64,000 nucleotides of DNA from Blastococcus sp. (GTDB lineage: Bacteria; Actinomycetota; Actinomycetes; Mycobacteriales; Geodermatophilaceae): positions 610-64,609 of the forward strand of contig DATHAK010000220.1 in NCBI GenBank assembly GCA_035296685.1. The letters are read 5' to 3'. A program made the position numbers and the translations under genes. How positions within the stretch are numbered: position 1 is the first letter of the stretch; the number at the start of each line of letters is the position of its first letter. The notes beneath the pieces were generated by a model. That model saw only the letters and a program-made list of their open reading frames with translations, was not told the DNA's origin and ran no database searches. Positions 17,185 to 26,887 of the stretch are shown in pieces.

Positions 17185-18747
17185 TCAACGGGGATCCAGC
17201 AGGTGACGGGCGGCGGCGTAGCCGCCCAGGCCGCTGACCGCGCCACCCCGGACCGTGCCGCCGGAGGATCCGGCGACGATCCGCGGATGTGCGGTCTCGA
17301 CGCCCCAGGTACCGGCCTGGTCGGGCGTCTGGGCCACCGGCCAGGACAGGTCGCCGTGGAAGATGTGCCCGCCCGGCATGGCCAGCGCCTCCTCGACGTC
17401 GAGCGGCGAGGCGGCCTGCAGGCACGGCTCGCCCGCGCCGTCGCGCGCCAGGCAGTCCAGCAACGGCTCCTCCAGGTGGGCGTCGAGCTGGGCGACCACC
17501 CGGCGGACCGCCTCCCGGCGGACGCCGACCGGGTCGTCGCGGAACAGCTCCGCCGGGATGTGCAGGCCGAACAGCGTGAGGGTGTGGTGCCCGGTGGCCC
17601 GCTCGACCGGGCCCAGCACCGAGGGGTCGGTCAGCGAGTGGCAGTAGAGCTCGAACGGGATGACGTCGGGCAGGTGCCCGGCCGACGCCTGGGCGTAGGC
17701 GGCGTCCAGCTGCGCGGCGGACTCGTCGACGTGGAAGGTGCCGGCGAACGCCGTCGCCGGGTCGGCACCGGAGCGCAGCCGGGGCAACCGGGCGAGCACC
17801 ATGTTCACCTTCAGCTGGGACCCGGACGGGCGGGGGCCGGGGTCGGCGCCGGTCAGCTCGGCCAGGACGGTCGGCGCCGCGCCGACGACGACGTGTTCCG
17901 CGTCGGTGGCGGCGACCGTGCCGTCCTCGTCGGTCCACTGCACCGAGACGCCGTCGGGTCGGGGATCGAGGGCGGTGACGGTCGCCCGGGTCACGAGCTC
18001 GGCGCCTCTCCGGCGGGCCGCGGCGGCGATCGCCCCGCTGACCGCGCCCATGCCGCCGACCGGTACCCGCCAGCGGCCCGTGCCGTTGCCGATCAGGTGG
18101 TACAGGAAGCAGCGGCCGGCCGGCCCGTCCTCGGCGTGCACGTCGGCGAACGTGCCGATCAGCCCGTCGGTGAGCGCGACCCCGCGGACGACGTCGTCGG
18201 AGAGGTGGTCGGCCACCACGTCGGCCAGCGGACGCTCGCGCAGGTCGTGCCAGAGCTCGGCGTCCCGGAGGCGGGCGGCGAGGTCGCCGGGGGAGAGCAG
18301 CGGTTCGGTGAGCGTGGGAGCCAGGTCGGCGGCCAGCGTGGCGAGCCGCCCGTAGAAGCCCTGCCAGCCCGCGAACTCGTCGTCGGAGCCAGTGAGCTGC
18401 CGGAAGGACGTCGCCGTCGCGGGGCCCTCGTCCCGCTCCACCAGCAGCCCCGTCGACCGGCCGGCCTGCGTCGCGGCCGTGTAGGAGGCGACGGATCGGT
18501 CGGCGAGGCGCACGTCCAGACCCAGGTCGTCCACGATCCGGTCGGGCAGCAGGCTGACCAGGTAGGAGTACGCGGACAGCCGGACGTCGACGCCCTCGAA
18601 GACCTGCCGGCTGACCGCCGCCCCGCCGACCTGGCCGAGCCGCTCCAGGACCAGGACCGACCGGCCCGCCCGGGCGAGGTAGGCCGCGGCCACCAGACCG
18701 TTGTGGCCGCCGCCGACCACCACCACGTCGTACCTGCCGCGCGTCAC
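17185..18747 (-). CDS. Phytoene dehydrogenase-like FAD-dependent oxidoreductase
   Basis: YDVVVVGGGHNGLVAAAYLARAG, VPVGGMGAVS, MPGGHIFHG, GGAVSGLGG. Confidence 0.9.
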   Translation of the reverse strand: MTRGRYDVVVVGGGHNGLVAAAYLARAGRSVLVLERLGQVGGAAVSRQVFEGVDVRLSAYSYLVSLLPDRIVDDLGLDVRLADRSVASYTAATQAGRSTGLLVERDEGPATATSFRQLTGSDDEFAGWQGFYGRLATLAADLAPTLTEPLLSPGDLAARLRDAELWHDLRERPLADVVADHLSDDVVRGVALTDGLIGTFADVHAEDGPAGRCFLYHLIGNGTGRWRVPVGGMGAVSGAIAAAARRRGAELVTRATVTALDPRPDGVSVQWTDEDGTVAATDAEHVVVGAAPTVLAELTGADPGPRPSGSQLKVNMVLARLPRLRSGADPATAFAGTFHVDESAAQLDAAYAQASAGHLPDVIPFELYCHSLTDPSVLGPVERATGHHTLTLFGLHIPAELFRDDPVGVRREAVRRVVAQLDAHLEEPLLDCLARDGAGEPCLQAASPLDVEEALAMPGGHIFHGDLSWPVAQTPDQAGTWGVETAHPRIVAGSSGGTVRGGAVSGLGGYAAARHLLDPR

Positions 18748-18880
18748 CTGCGGACGGTATCCGGAGGCGTGCCCCCGGGCGCGGGGAGCCGATCCACTGC
18801 GCAGCGTGACGGCCGCCGTCACAAGACCGTGACCGCGGTCGGCCGTCAACCCCCCGTTCCGTTCGTTGGCAAACTGAACG

Positions 18881-18898
18881 AATGACATCTTTGTCATT
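18881..18898. promoter_or_regulatory. Inverted repeat in an AT-rich divergent promoter region
   Basis: AATGACA-TCTT-TGTCATT. Confidence 0.45.
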
Positions 18899-18967
18899 GT
18901 CACGCCCCGATAACGCCCATTACGGTCTGTATGTCCGTCGGGGCAGTCAGTCACCGCCTGGGTGATG

Positions 18968-19100
18968 ACCCGCCGGACGCCGTCGAGCCGGTCCAGCGGA
19001 CCGGACCGGGGACCCACCGCAGCACTGGGGTGCAGCGCTCCCGCGAGCGCCGGGCGATCTCCCGCCCGAACCCGTCAGCTAACCCGGTAGGCGGCTCGTG
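18968..19100 (+). ncRNA. c-di-AMP (ydaO/yuaA) riboswitch
   Basis: GGGGACCCA (19008), TGGGGTG (19026), CCCGAACCCGTCAGCTAACCCGGTAGGC (19065-19092); closing helix CGAGCCG/CGGCTCG; precedes a cell-wall hydrolase as is typical in actinobacteria. Confidence 0.92.
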
Positions 19101-19123
19101 GAAGAAACGGAGTGCCGCCGCGC

Positions 19124-20191
19124 ATGGCGACCGCCCTCGACAGCTCCCCCGTCGCGGCTCCCCCCGCCTCGGTCCGGCGTCCCGGGCTCGCCCGCCGGCT
19201 GGCGCTCGCCGCCGCCGCGGTGGCCGGCATCCTCGCCTCCGCCACGCCGGCCCAGGCCGCGCCGCCGGCCACGTCCGCCGAGGCGGCCGAGCTGGTGGCC
19301 GCCCGCGGGCACGAGCTCGAGGGGGTCACCGAGCGGTTCAACGAGGCGCGCGAGGCCCTGGCCGCCCAGCAGGCCACCGCCCAGGCCGCCGCCGCTGCGC
19401 TGGAGCAGGCCACGGCCACGCTGGCCACCGCCCAGCACCAGGTGCGCGGCATCGCCCGCAGCGCGTACACCGGTGAGGGCCTCAACTCCTTCCAGGCGCT
19501 GCTCACCAGCGACTCGGCCGACGACTTCGTCGACCGCATGGCGACCCTCCAGCTGGTCGCCGGCCACCAGAACGGCCTGCTGGAGCAGGCCGCCACCGCC
19601 AACGTCGCCGCCGCGCAGGCCCAGGCGGCCGCGCAGCAGGCCGCCACCGACGCGCAGGCCCAGTTCGACGCCGTCGCCGCGCAGCAGGCCGACCTGCAGA
19701 AGCAGGTCGACGAGTTCCGGGCCGCGTTCGACCGGCTCAGCGCCCAGGAGCAGCGCGCCGCCACCGCCGCACACGGGGAGCGGGCCAGCCGGTCGACCGA
19801 CCGCGAGGTCGCGGCCGCGACGGGCCCGGTGGTCGCCAACAGCGAGGCGGCGCAGATCGCCGTCGACACCGCCCTCGCCCAGCGCGGCAAGCCGTACGTC
19901 TGGGCCGCCGACGGCCCCGGCTCCTTCGACTGCTCGGGCCTGACCGCCTACGCCTACGCCGCCGCCGGCGTGAGCCTGCCGCACTCCAGCCGGCTGCAGT
20001 CGCAGATGGGGCAGCCGGTCTCCCGGGACCAGCTCCAGCCCGGCGACCTCGTATTCTTCTACAGCCCGGTCAGCCACGTGGGCATCTACATCGGCAACGG
20101 CCAGATGGTGCACGCGCCGACCTCGGGCGACGTGGTGAAGGTGGCGCCGATCATGAGCGGCTTCAGCGGCGCCCGTCGCGTCGCCGGCTGA
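19124..20191 (+). CDS. Secreted NlpC/P60 (C40) peptidoglycan endopeptidase with coiled-coil stalk
   Basis: Signal peptide AQA/A, long Ala/Gln coiled coil, GKPYVWAADGPGSFDCSGL, SHVGIYIG, MVHAP; alternative start GTG 19112. Confidence 0.95.
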   Translation: MATALDSSPVAAPPASVRRPGLARRLALAAAAVAGILASATPAQAAPPATSAEAAELVAARGHELEGVTERFNEAREALAAQQATAQAAAAALEQATATLATAQHQVRGIARSAYTGEGLNSFQALLTSDSADDFVDRMATLQLVAGHQNGLLEQAATANVAAAQAQAAAQQAATDAQAQFDAVAAQQADLQKQVDEFRAAFDRLSAQEQRAATAAHGERASRSTDREVAAATGPVVANSEAAQIAVDTALAQRGKPYVWAADGPGSFDCSGLTAYAYAAAGVSLPHSSRLQSQMGQPVSRDQLQPGDLVFFYSPVSHVGIYIGNGQMVHAPTSGDVVKVAPIMSGFSGARRVAG

Positions 20192-20226
20192 CTCTCCGCT
20201 CCTGGCGCATCCGCGCTCGGGAGGGG

Positions 20227-20255
20227 TTGACACCGTCGGCCGTTCTGTGAACACT
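20227..20255 (+). promoter_or_regulatory. Possible housekeeping promoter
   Basis: TTGACA-N17-AACACT upstream of an AGGAGG RBS. Confidence 0.4.
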
Positions 20256-20291
20256 GCTCTCTATTCGGAGCGGTGATCACAGGAGGACGGC

Positions 20292-20639
20292 ATGGGCGGC
20301 ATCTGGAACGGGACGTGGCTGACCGTGGCCTTCCTCTCGGAGGTGGCGGCACTGGTCGCGCTGGGGGTGTGGGGCTGGTCGGCCGACGGAGTGACCGCGC
20401 TCCGGGTCGTCCTGGCCGCCGGCGCACCCCTGGTGGCGGCGGTGGCGTGGGGCATGTTCGCCGCACCGCAGGCGCCCGTGCAGGTGCTGGCGCTGACCGT
20501 CCTGGTGAAGGTCGCCGTCTTCGGGTCGGCCGCCTTCGCGCTCGTGGCCACCGGCCACCCCCGGCTCGCCGTCGCGCTGGCCGCCGCGGCCCTGCTCAGC
20601 TCCGTCGTCCCGAACCCTCCGGTCCCGGCGGTCGCCTGA
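20292..20639 (+). CDS. YrdB/DUF2568 family membrane protein
   Basis: [24 protein letters not shown], four TM segments; AGGAGG RBS. Confidence 0.85.
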   Translation: MGGIWNGTWLTVAFLSEVAALVALGVWGWSADGVTALRVVLAAGAPLVAAVAWGMFAAPQAPVQVLALTVLVKVAVFGSAAFALVATGHPRLAVALAAAALLSSVVPNPPVPAVA

Positions 20640-21162
20640 CCTGCTGCAGGAGGCCCCATACGAAGGCGGCGCGCTCGCCGCCCCTGAGGTGGACCTCCCA
20701 GCGCGTGACCACGCCCGGGTCGACGCTCCGCGCGCCCGGGATCCCGATCACGTCGTCGAGCACGTGCTCCCAGACGAGCAGGCCGCCCACGGACGCCGGC
20801 GGCACCGGTGAGCCCGGGGCGCGGACCAGGTGCTCGTTCAGCACCGATCCGCTCGGACCGGTGAGCACCTCCCACCACAGGTGCGGCCACAGGGGGAGGG
20901 GCCAGCGGCGCACCTGGACGTCCAGGTCGCCGAACCGCCGGTCCTCGACCTCCTCGGGCGGGCCCAGGACCGCCGTCCGGAGGCCCAGCCCGCGTGGCGC
21001 CCTGGGTGAGTGCTGCAGCGCCTGCCAGCGGGTGTGCGCCGCATGCGCCTCGGCGCGCGATGCGCCCAGGCGCGGCAGCGCCTCGGCCACCAGGTCGGGG
21101 CGGACGTCGGCCATCCGGCGCAGCAGGACCAGGCAGAACTCCCTCCGCGCCAGTCCTCGCAC
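20596..21162 (-). CDS. Conserved actinobacterial hypothetical protein
   Basis: [33 protein letters not shown]; leaderless CAGGCT -10; overlaps the yrdB 3' end by 44 bp. Confidence 0.72.
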   Translation of the reverse strand: MRGLARREFCLVLLRRMADVRPDLVAEALPRLGASRAEAHAAHTRWQALQHSPRAPRGLGLRTAVLGPPEEVEDRRFGDLDVQVRRWPLPLWPHLWWEVLTGPSGSVLNEHLVRAPGSPVPPASVGGLLVWEHVLDDVIGIPGARSVDPGVVTRWEVHLRGGERAAFVWGLLQQVRRPPGPEGSGRRS

Positions 21163-21197
21163 GGCCCGAGCCTGTCACCCTCGCTACGGTCGCCGTC

Positions 21198-22520
21198 ATG
21201 CCCGAACCCGTCCTGCCGACTACCGCCCGCACGCTCCTGGCCCGGACGGCGCGCGCGCAGCGGGACGGGCGGGCGCCGAGCCTGGTGGCCGGCGTCGTGC
21301 GGGAGGGCGGGCTGGTGTGGTCGACGGGCCGGGGCGACGTGGCCGAGCCGCACACCGACGTCCAGTACCGCCTCGGGTCGATCAGCAAGACCGTGACGGC
21401 CGTCCTGGTGATGCGCCTGCGCGACGAGGGCCGGATCTCCCTCGACGACCCGCTCGAGCGCCACCTGCCCGGCACCCCGTTCGGCACCCGCTCGGTGGGC
21501 CAGCTGCTCTCCCACCTCGCCGGCGCGTCGGCGGAGAGTCCCGGCGGCTGGTGGGAGCGCACGCCGGGGGGCTCCCTCGACGACCTGGGGCTCAGCGCCG
21601 ACGACGTCGTCCTCGGGGAGTCCCGTCGCTTCCACTACTCCAACCTCGGCTTCGGGCTGCTCGGGGAGCTGGTGGCCCGCCTGCGGGGGACGAGCTGGGA
21701 GGACGCCGTCGCCGCGGAGGTCCTCGGCCCGCTCGGGATGTCGCGGACGACGCCCCGCCCTGTCGCGCCGGCGGCGCAGGGTCACGCGGTGCACCCGTGG
21801 GCCGACGTCGTCCTGCCTGAACCGGAGCACCACGCGGGGGCCATGGCCGCGGCCGGTCAGCTGTGGGCGACGCTGGCCGACCTCGGCCGGTTCGCCGGGT
21901 TCCTGCTCGGCGACACCGCCGGCGTGCTCGATCCGGCGACGTTGGAGGAGATGACCGTCCCCGCGGGGGTCGACCCCTCGGCGCCGGGCTGGTCGGCCTA
22001 TGGGCTCGGTCTCCAGGTGATCCGGGTCGAGGGCCGGACGCTGGTCGGGCACGGCGGGTCGATGCCGGGGTTCCTCGCGGGCGTGTTCGTCGATCGGGAG
22101 GAGCACGCCGGCGCCGTCTCCCTGGCCAACACCACCAGCGGCCTCGACCCCCTCGTCTTCGGGCTGCTGGCCGACCTCGTCGCCGCCGAGCCGCGGGTGG
22201 TCCAGGCGTGGTCGCCGTCGCCGTCGCCGGTGCCCCTGGACCGGCTGGGCATCTGGTTCTGGGGTCCGGCGGCGTACGTGCTGCGGGCGGTCGGCGGCGG
22301 GCTGCTGCACCTGGGGCCGTTGCCCGGTCGCAGCGGCCGGGCGAGCCGGTTCGCCCGCGACGAGGACGGCACCTGGCGGGGCCTCGACGGCTACTACGCC
22401 GGCGAGCGGCTGGTTCTCGCCGACGACCACCTCGACCTCGGCACGTTCGTCTTCACCCGGGCGCCCTACGACCCCGACGCCCCGGTGCCTGGGGGAGTCG
22501 ACGAGCGCGGCTGGAGCTGA
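21198..22520 (+). CDS. Serine hydrolase, beta-lactamase/class C family
   Basis: YRLGSISK (SxxK), HYSNLG, VGHGGSMPG; leaderless TACGGT -10. Confidence 0.92.
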   Translation: MPEPVLPTTARTLLARTARAQRDGRAPSLVAGVVREGGLVWSTGRGDVAEPHTDVQYRLGSISKTVTAVLVMRLRDEGRISLDDPLERHLPGTPFGTRSVGQLLSHLAGASAESPGGWWERTPGGSLDDLGLSADDVVLGESRRFHYSNLGFGLLGELVARLRGTSWEDAVAAEVLGPLGMSRTTPRPVAPAAQGHAVHPWADVVLPEPEHHAGAMAAAGQLWATLADLGRFAGFLLGDTAGVLDPATLEEMTVPAGVDPSAPGWSAYGLGLQVIRVEGRTLVGHGGSMPGFLAGVFVDREEHAGAVSLANTTSGLDPLVFGLLADLVAAEPRVVQAWSPSPSPVPLDRLGIWFWGPAAYVLRAVGGGLLHLGPLPGRSGRASRFARDEDGTWRGLDGYYAGERLVLADDHLDLGTFVFTRAPYDPDAPVPGGVDERGWS

Positions 22521-22535
22521 CCTCTGGCTCCGGCG

Positions 22536-23009
22536 TCAGGAATCGCCGGCCGCGCGCTCCAGCAGGGGGCCGAGGCGGTGGTCGACGAACCGCCGCATCG
22601 CCAGCGCGGTGTCGATGCGCTGCACGCCGGGGATGGCCAGCACCTGCTCGGTGATCCGCCACAGGTCGTCGGCGTCCCTGGCCGCGACCTGCACGAGCAG
22701 GTCGGCGGCCCCCGACAGGCCGGTCACCTCGAGTACCTCGGGGATGCGCGCCAGACCGTCGCTGACCTCGGCCAGGCTGCGCTGCGCCACCTGCACCGTC
22801 ACGTAGGCGCCGAGGCGGTAGCCGAGGGCCTCGGGCCGCACCCGGCGGTCCAGCGGAGCGAGCGCACCGCTGCCCTCCAGCCGGGTCAGCCGGGCCTGCA
22901 CCGTGTTGCGGGCCAGCCCCAGCCGCTGCGACAGGGCCATGACGCTGGCCCGCGGGTCCTCGGCGAGGGCCAGCAGCAGCCGGGCGTCGGTGGCGTCCAC
23001 TTCGGGCAC
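22536..23009 (-). CDS. Lrp/AsnC family regulator (BkdR-like)
   Basis: DATDARLLLAL..DPRAS..ALSQRLGLARNTVQARL; divergent from the 2-oxoacid dehydrogenase operon. Confidence 0.92.
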   Translation of the reverse strand: MPEVDATDARLLLALAEDPRASVMALSQRLGLARNTVQARLTRLEGSGALAPLDRRVRPEALGYRLGAYVTVQVAQRSLAEVSDGLARIPEVLEVTGLSGAADLLVQVAARDADDLWRITEQVLAIPGVQRIDTALAMRRFVDHRLGPLLERAAGDS

Positions 23010-23050
23010 GCAGGTCAGTCTGACACCGTCGGGCCGCCGGGCGACATCGT

Positions 23051-23083
23051 TCTGCGCAATCAGTTCGGGGGATCTTGCGCAGA
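23051..23083. promoter_or_regulatory. Candidate Lrp/BkdR operator
   Basis: Inverted repeat TCTGCGCAA-N15-TTGCGCAGA. Confidence 0.5.
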
Positions 23084-23228
23084 TCGTTCCTGGGGTGGTG
23101 TTGTTCACGCGCGGGCAAGTCGTGTCAGGATGTGTGAGTGGCACCACACCCCTGGCGCCGCGCAGACGTCCAGCACGCCCAGCACGACCGGTGACCCCGG
23201 CATGCCGGGAGACGGCGAGGAGAGCTCC

Positions 23229-24368
23229 ATGACCGCGTTGCGTTCGGCCACCGAGGTGGTCGACCCCGTACCCGGGGCCGGTGCCCCCCATCTGCCGCAG
23301 CAGCCGGACCTGGTCCAGCTGCTCACCCCCGAGGGCGAGCGGGTGGAGCACCCCGACTACTCGATCGACATCGGCGACGACGACCTGCGCGGGCTGTACC
23401 GCGACCTCGCGCTGGTCCGCCGGTGGGACGTCGAGGCGACGGCGCTGCAGCGGCAGGGCGAGCTGGGCATCTGGGCCTCCCTGCTTGGCCAGGAGGGCGC
23501 CCAGGTCGGGGCCGGCCGTGCGATGCAGCCCGACGACATGGCCTTCCCCACCTACCGCGAGCACGGCGTCGCCTGGACCCGTGGCGTCGACCCGCTCGAC
23601 GTGATCAGCCTGTTCCGCGGCGTCGACAACGGCGGCTGGGACCCGGTGGCCACCGGCTTCAACCTCTACACCGTCGTCATCGGCGCGCAGTGCCTGCACG
23701 GCACCGGGTACGCGATGGGCATCCAGCGGGACGGCGCGGAGAACGCCGTCCTCGCCTTCCTCGGCGACGGCGCCACCAGCCAGGGCGAGGTCAACGAGGC
23801 GATGATCTGGGCGGCCAGCTTCTCGGCCCCCGTCGTCTTCTTCTGCCAGAACAACCAGTACGCGATCAGCGTCCCGCTGGAGCGGCAGTCGCGGGTCCCG
23901 CTGTACCAGCGTGCAGCCGGCTTCGGCTTCCCCGGCGTCCGGGTCGACGGCAACGACGTCCTCGCCGTTCTCGCCGTCACGCGCGCCGCCCTGGCGGCCG
24001 CGCGCGAGGGTCAGGGCCCCACGTTCATCGAGGCGTTCACCTACCGGATGGGCGCGCACACCACCTCGGACGACCCCACCCGCTACCGGCTGGCCAGCGA
24101 GCTGGAGGAGTGGAAGCTGCGCGACCCGATCGCCCGGCTCAAGGCGTACCTGTCGCGCAGCGGCATCGCCGACCACGCGTTCTTCGACTCGGTCGAGGCG
24201 GAGGCCGACGAGCTGGCGGTGCGCATCCGCACCGGGACGACGGAGATGCCCGATCCGCCGCCGACCAGCATGTTCGACCACGTGTACGCCGAGCAGACGC
24301 CGCACCTCGCGCAGCAGCGGGACGAGTTCGTCGCGTACCACGCGTCGTTCGAGGGCGGCGAGCACTGA
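23229..24368 (+). CDS. pdhA: 2-oxoacid dehydrogenase E1 alpha (pyruvate or branched-chain)
   Basis: LQRQGEL, FPTYREHG, GDGATSQG...NNQYAIS TPP motif, YRMGAHTTSDDP. Confidence 0.95.
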   Translation: MTALRSATEVVDPVPGAGAPHLPQQPDLVQLLTPEGERVEHPDYSIDIGDDDLRGLYRDLALVRRWDVEATALQRQGELGIWASLLGQEGAQVGAGRAMQPDDMAFPTYREHGVAWTRGVDPLDVISLFRGVDNGGWDPVATGFNLYTVVIGAQCLHGTGYAMGIQRDGAENAVLAFLGDGATSQGEVNEAMIWAASFSAPVVFFCQNNQYAISVPLERQSRVPLYQRAAGFGFPGVRVDGNDVLAVLAVTRAALAAAREGQGPTFIEAFTYRMGAHTTSDDPTRYRLASELEEWKLRDPIARLKAYLSRSGIADHAFFDSVEAEADELAVRIRTGTTEMPDPPPTSMFDHVYAEQTPHLAQQRDEFVAYHASFEGGEH

Positions 24369-25348
24369 TGGCCGCCCAGACGCTCACGATCGGCAAGGCG
24401 CTCAACCTCGGCCTGCGCAAGGCCATGGAGGACGACGCGAAGGTCGTGCTCATGGGCGAGGACATCGGCAAGCTCGGCGGCGTCTTCCGGATCACCGACG
24501 GCCTGCAGAAGGACTTCGGCGACGACCGCGTCGTCGACACCCCGCTGGCCGAGGCCGGCATCCTGGGCACCGCCGTCGGCCTGGCCATGCGCGGCTACCG
24601 GCCGGTCTGCGAGATCCAGTTCGACGGGTTCGTCTTCCCCGCCTACAACCAGATCGTCACGCAGGTGGCCAAGATCCACGCCCGCTCGCAGGGCAAGCTG
24701 CCGATGCCGATCGTCATCCGCATCCCCTTCGGCGGCGGCATCGGCGCGGTCGAGCACCACAGCGAGAGCCCGGAGGCCTACTTCGCGCACACCGCCGGGC
24801 TCAAGGTCGTCGCGGTCAGCAACCCGGTCGACGCGTACTGGGGCATCCAGCAGGCGATCACCCACCCCGATCCGATCGTCTTCTTCGAGCCCAAGCGCCG
24901 GTACTGGGAGAAGGCCGAGGTCGATCCCGACGCGACCCCCGGTCCCCTGTTCGCCTCCCGCGTGGTGCGCGGGGGCGATGACGTCACGGTGCTCGCCTAC
25001 GGCCCGATGGTGAAGACCGCCCTGCAGGCGGCCGAGGCCGCGGAGGATGAGGGGCGCTCGCTGGAGGTCATCGACCTGCGCACCCTGTCGCCGCTCGACC
25101 TCGACCCGGTGTTCGAGTCGGTCCGGCGCACGGGTCGCTGCGTCGTCGTCCACGAGGCGCCGCTGACCCTCGGCCTGGGCGCGGAGATCGCCGCCCGGGT
25201 CACCGAGACCTGCTTCCACTCGCTCGAGGCCCCGGTGCTGCGCGTCGGTGGCTACGACACCCCCTACCCGCCGTCGAAGCTGGAGGAGGAGTACCTCCCC
25301 GACCTCGACCGCGTGCTCGACGCCGTCGACCGGTCGATGGGGTTCTGA
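24368..25348 (+). CDS. pdhB: 2-oxoacid dehydrogenase E1 beta
   Basis: GEDIGKLGGVFRITDGL, DTPLAE, EIQFDGF, EHHSES; TGATG overlap with the E1a stop. Confidence 0.96.
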   Translation: MAAQTLTIGKALNLGLRKAMEDDAKVVLMGEDIGKLGGVFRITDGLQKDFGDDRVVDTPLAEAGILGTAVGLAMRGYRPVCEIQFDGFVFPAYNQIVTQVAKIHARSQGKLPMPIVIRIPFGGGIGAVEHHSESPEAYFAHTAGLKVVAVSNPVDAYWGIQQAITHPDPIVFFEPKRRYWEKAEVDPDATPGPLFASRVVRGGDDVTVLAYGPMVKTALQAAEAAEDEGRSLEVIDLRTLSPLDLDPVFESVRRTGRCVVVHEAPLTLGLGAEIAARVTETCFHSLEAPVLRVGGYDTPYPPSKLEEEYLPDLDRVLDAVDRSMGF

Positions 25349-25350
25349 GC

Positions 25351-26886
25351 ATGGCGACCAAGCAGTTCAAGCTGCCCGACGTCGGTGAGGGTCTGACCGA
25401 GGGCGAGATCCTTCAGTGGCTGGTCGCCGTCGGCGACACGGTCACGGTGAACCAGCCGCTGTGCGAGGTGGAGACGGCGAAGGCTGCCGTGGAGCTGCCC
25501 TCGCCGTGGGCCGGCACCGTCACCGAGCTGCTGTTCGAGGCCGGCACGATGGTCGACGTCGGGACGCCGATCATCACCATCGACATCGGCGGGGAGGGTG
25601 GGGGTGGTCCGGCTGGCGAACCGAGCACCGCACCGCAGCCCGCGCCGGAGGCCGCGTCGGACGAGCCGGCCGCAGGCCTGATCGGCGGCGCGGCCCCGGG
25701 TGGCCGAACGGCCGTGCTGGTCGGCTACGGGCCGCGGAACACCGAGGCCAAGCGCCGGCCCCGCCGTACCGGGGACGCCGTGGCCGCGCGCGCGACCGCA
25801 CCGGCTCCTCCCGCGAGCACCGCCACGGCCACGCTGCCCGGTGCGGACTACGGCTCGGGAGGGTCTGCGCACCCGCCGCTGCTCACCACGGCGCCCGACG
25901 CCGGCACCAAGCCGGTGCGGCACGGCGGCCTGGAGGTGGGCCGGCAGGCGGAGGCGCACGCGCTCAGCGAGGCGGCGGCCCCCGCGGCGGCGGCGCCGCA
26001 CGGCCGGGGCCGGCTGCGCCCGCTGGCCAAGCCGCCGGTGCGCAAGTACGCCAAGGACCTCGGCGTCGACCTGACCACGATCGTCGGCTCGGGGAACGGC
26101 GGCGTCATCACCCGCGCCGACGTCGACGCGGCCGTGTCGGGCGAGGCGGCGGCGCCTGCGGCCCCGGCCCGGGCTCCGCAGGAGACCGGCGGGGAGCAGC
26201 GCATCCCGATCAAGGGCGTCCGCAAGCACACCGCGGCCGCGATGGTGGCCAGCGCCTTCACCGCCCCGCACGTCACCGAGTTCCTGACCGTCGACGTGAC
26301 CCGGATGATGAAACTGCGCACCCGGCTGGCGGCCCGCCCGGAGCTCGCCGGGCTCAAGATCAGCCCGCTGCTGTTCGTGGCCAAGGCGCTGATCCTGGCC
26401 GTGCAGCGGCACCCGATGATCAACAGCTCGTGGGACGAGGCGGCCCAGGAGATCGTGGTCAAGGACTACGTGAACCTCGGCATCGCGGCGGCCACGCCGC
26501 GGGGCCTGGTCGTGCCGAACATCAAGGACGCCGGACGGCTCTCGCTGGCCGAGCTGGCCGGGGCGCTCGCCGACCTGACCGCCACCGCCCGGGAGGGGAA
26601 GACGTTCCCCGCCGACATGACCGGCGGCACGATCACGATCACCAACGTGGGCGTGTTCGGCGTCGACACCGGCACCCCGATCCTCAACCCGGGGGAGTCG
26701 GCGATCCTGGCGTTCGGCGCGATCCGCGAGATGCCCTGGGTGCACAAGGGGAAGATCGTGCCGCGGCAGGTGACGCAACTGGCCCTCTCGTTCGACCACC
26801 GGATCGTCGACGGCGAGCTCGGGTCGCGGTTCCTGGCCGACGTCGGCGCCCTCCTGCACGACCCGGGGACGGCGCTGGCCTTCTGA
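25351..26886 (+). CDS. pdhC: Dihydrolipoamide acyltransferase E2
   Basis: Lipoyl domain EVETAKAAVELPSP, E3-binding AKPPVRKYA, catalytic SFDHRIVDG. Confidence 0.96.
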   Translation: MATKQFKLPDVGEGLTEGEILQWLVAVGDTVTVNQPLCEVETAKAAVELPSPWAGTVTELLFEAGTMVDVGTPIITIDIGGEGGGGPAGEPSTAPQPAPEAASDEPAAGLIGGAAPGGRTAVLVGYGPRNTEAKRRPRRTGDAVAARATAPAPPASTATATLPGADYGSGGSAHPPLLTTAPDAGTKPVRHGGLEVGRQAEAHALSEAAAPAAAAPHGRGRLRPLAKPPVRKYAKDLGVDLTTIVGSGNGGVITRADVDAAVSGEAAAPAAPARAPQETGGEQRIPIKGVRKHTAAAMVASAFTAPHVTEFLTVDVTRMMKLRTRLAARPELAGLKISPLLFVAKALILAVQRHPMINSSWDEAAQEIVVKDYVNLGIAAATPRGLVVPNIKDAGRLSLAELAGALADLTATAREGKTFPADMTGGTITITNVGVFGVDTGTPILNPGESAILAFGAIREMPWVHKGKIVPRQVTQLALSFDHRIVDGELGSRFLADVGALLHDPGTALAF

Positions 26887-26887
26887 G

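Noticed and set aside
17185-18747. Carotenoid phytoene desaturase (crtI)
   Set aside because: No crtB/crtE neighbours; it resembles the broader phytoene-dehydrogenase-like oxidoreductases, so no symbol was given.
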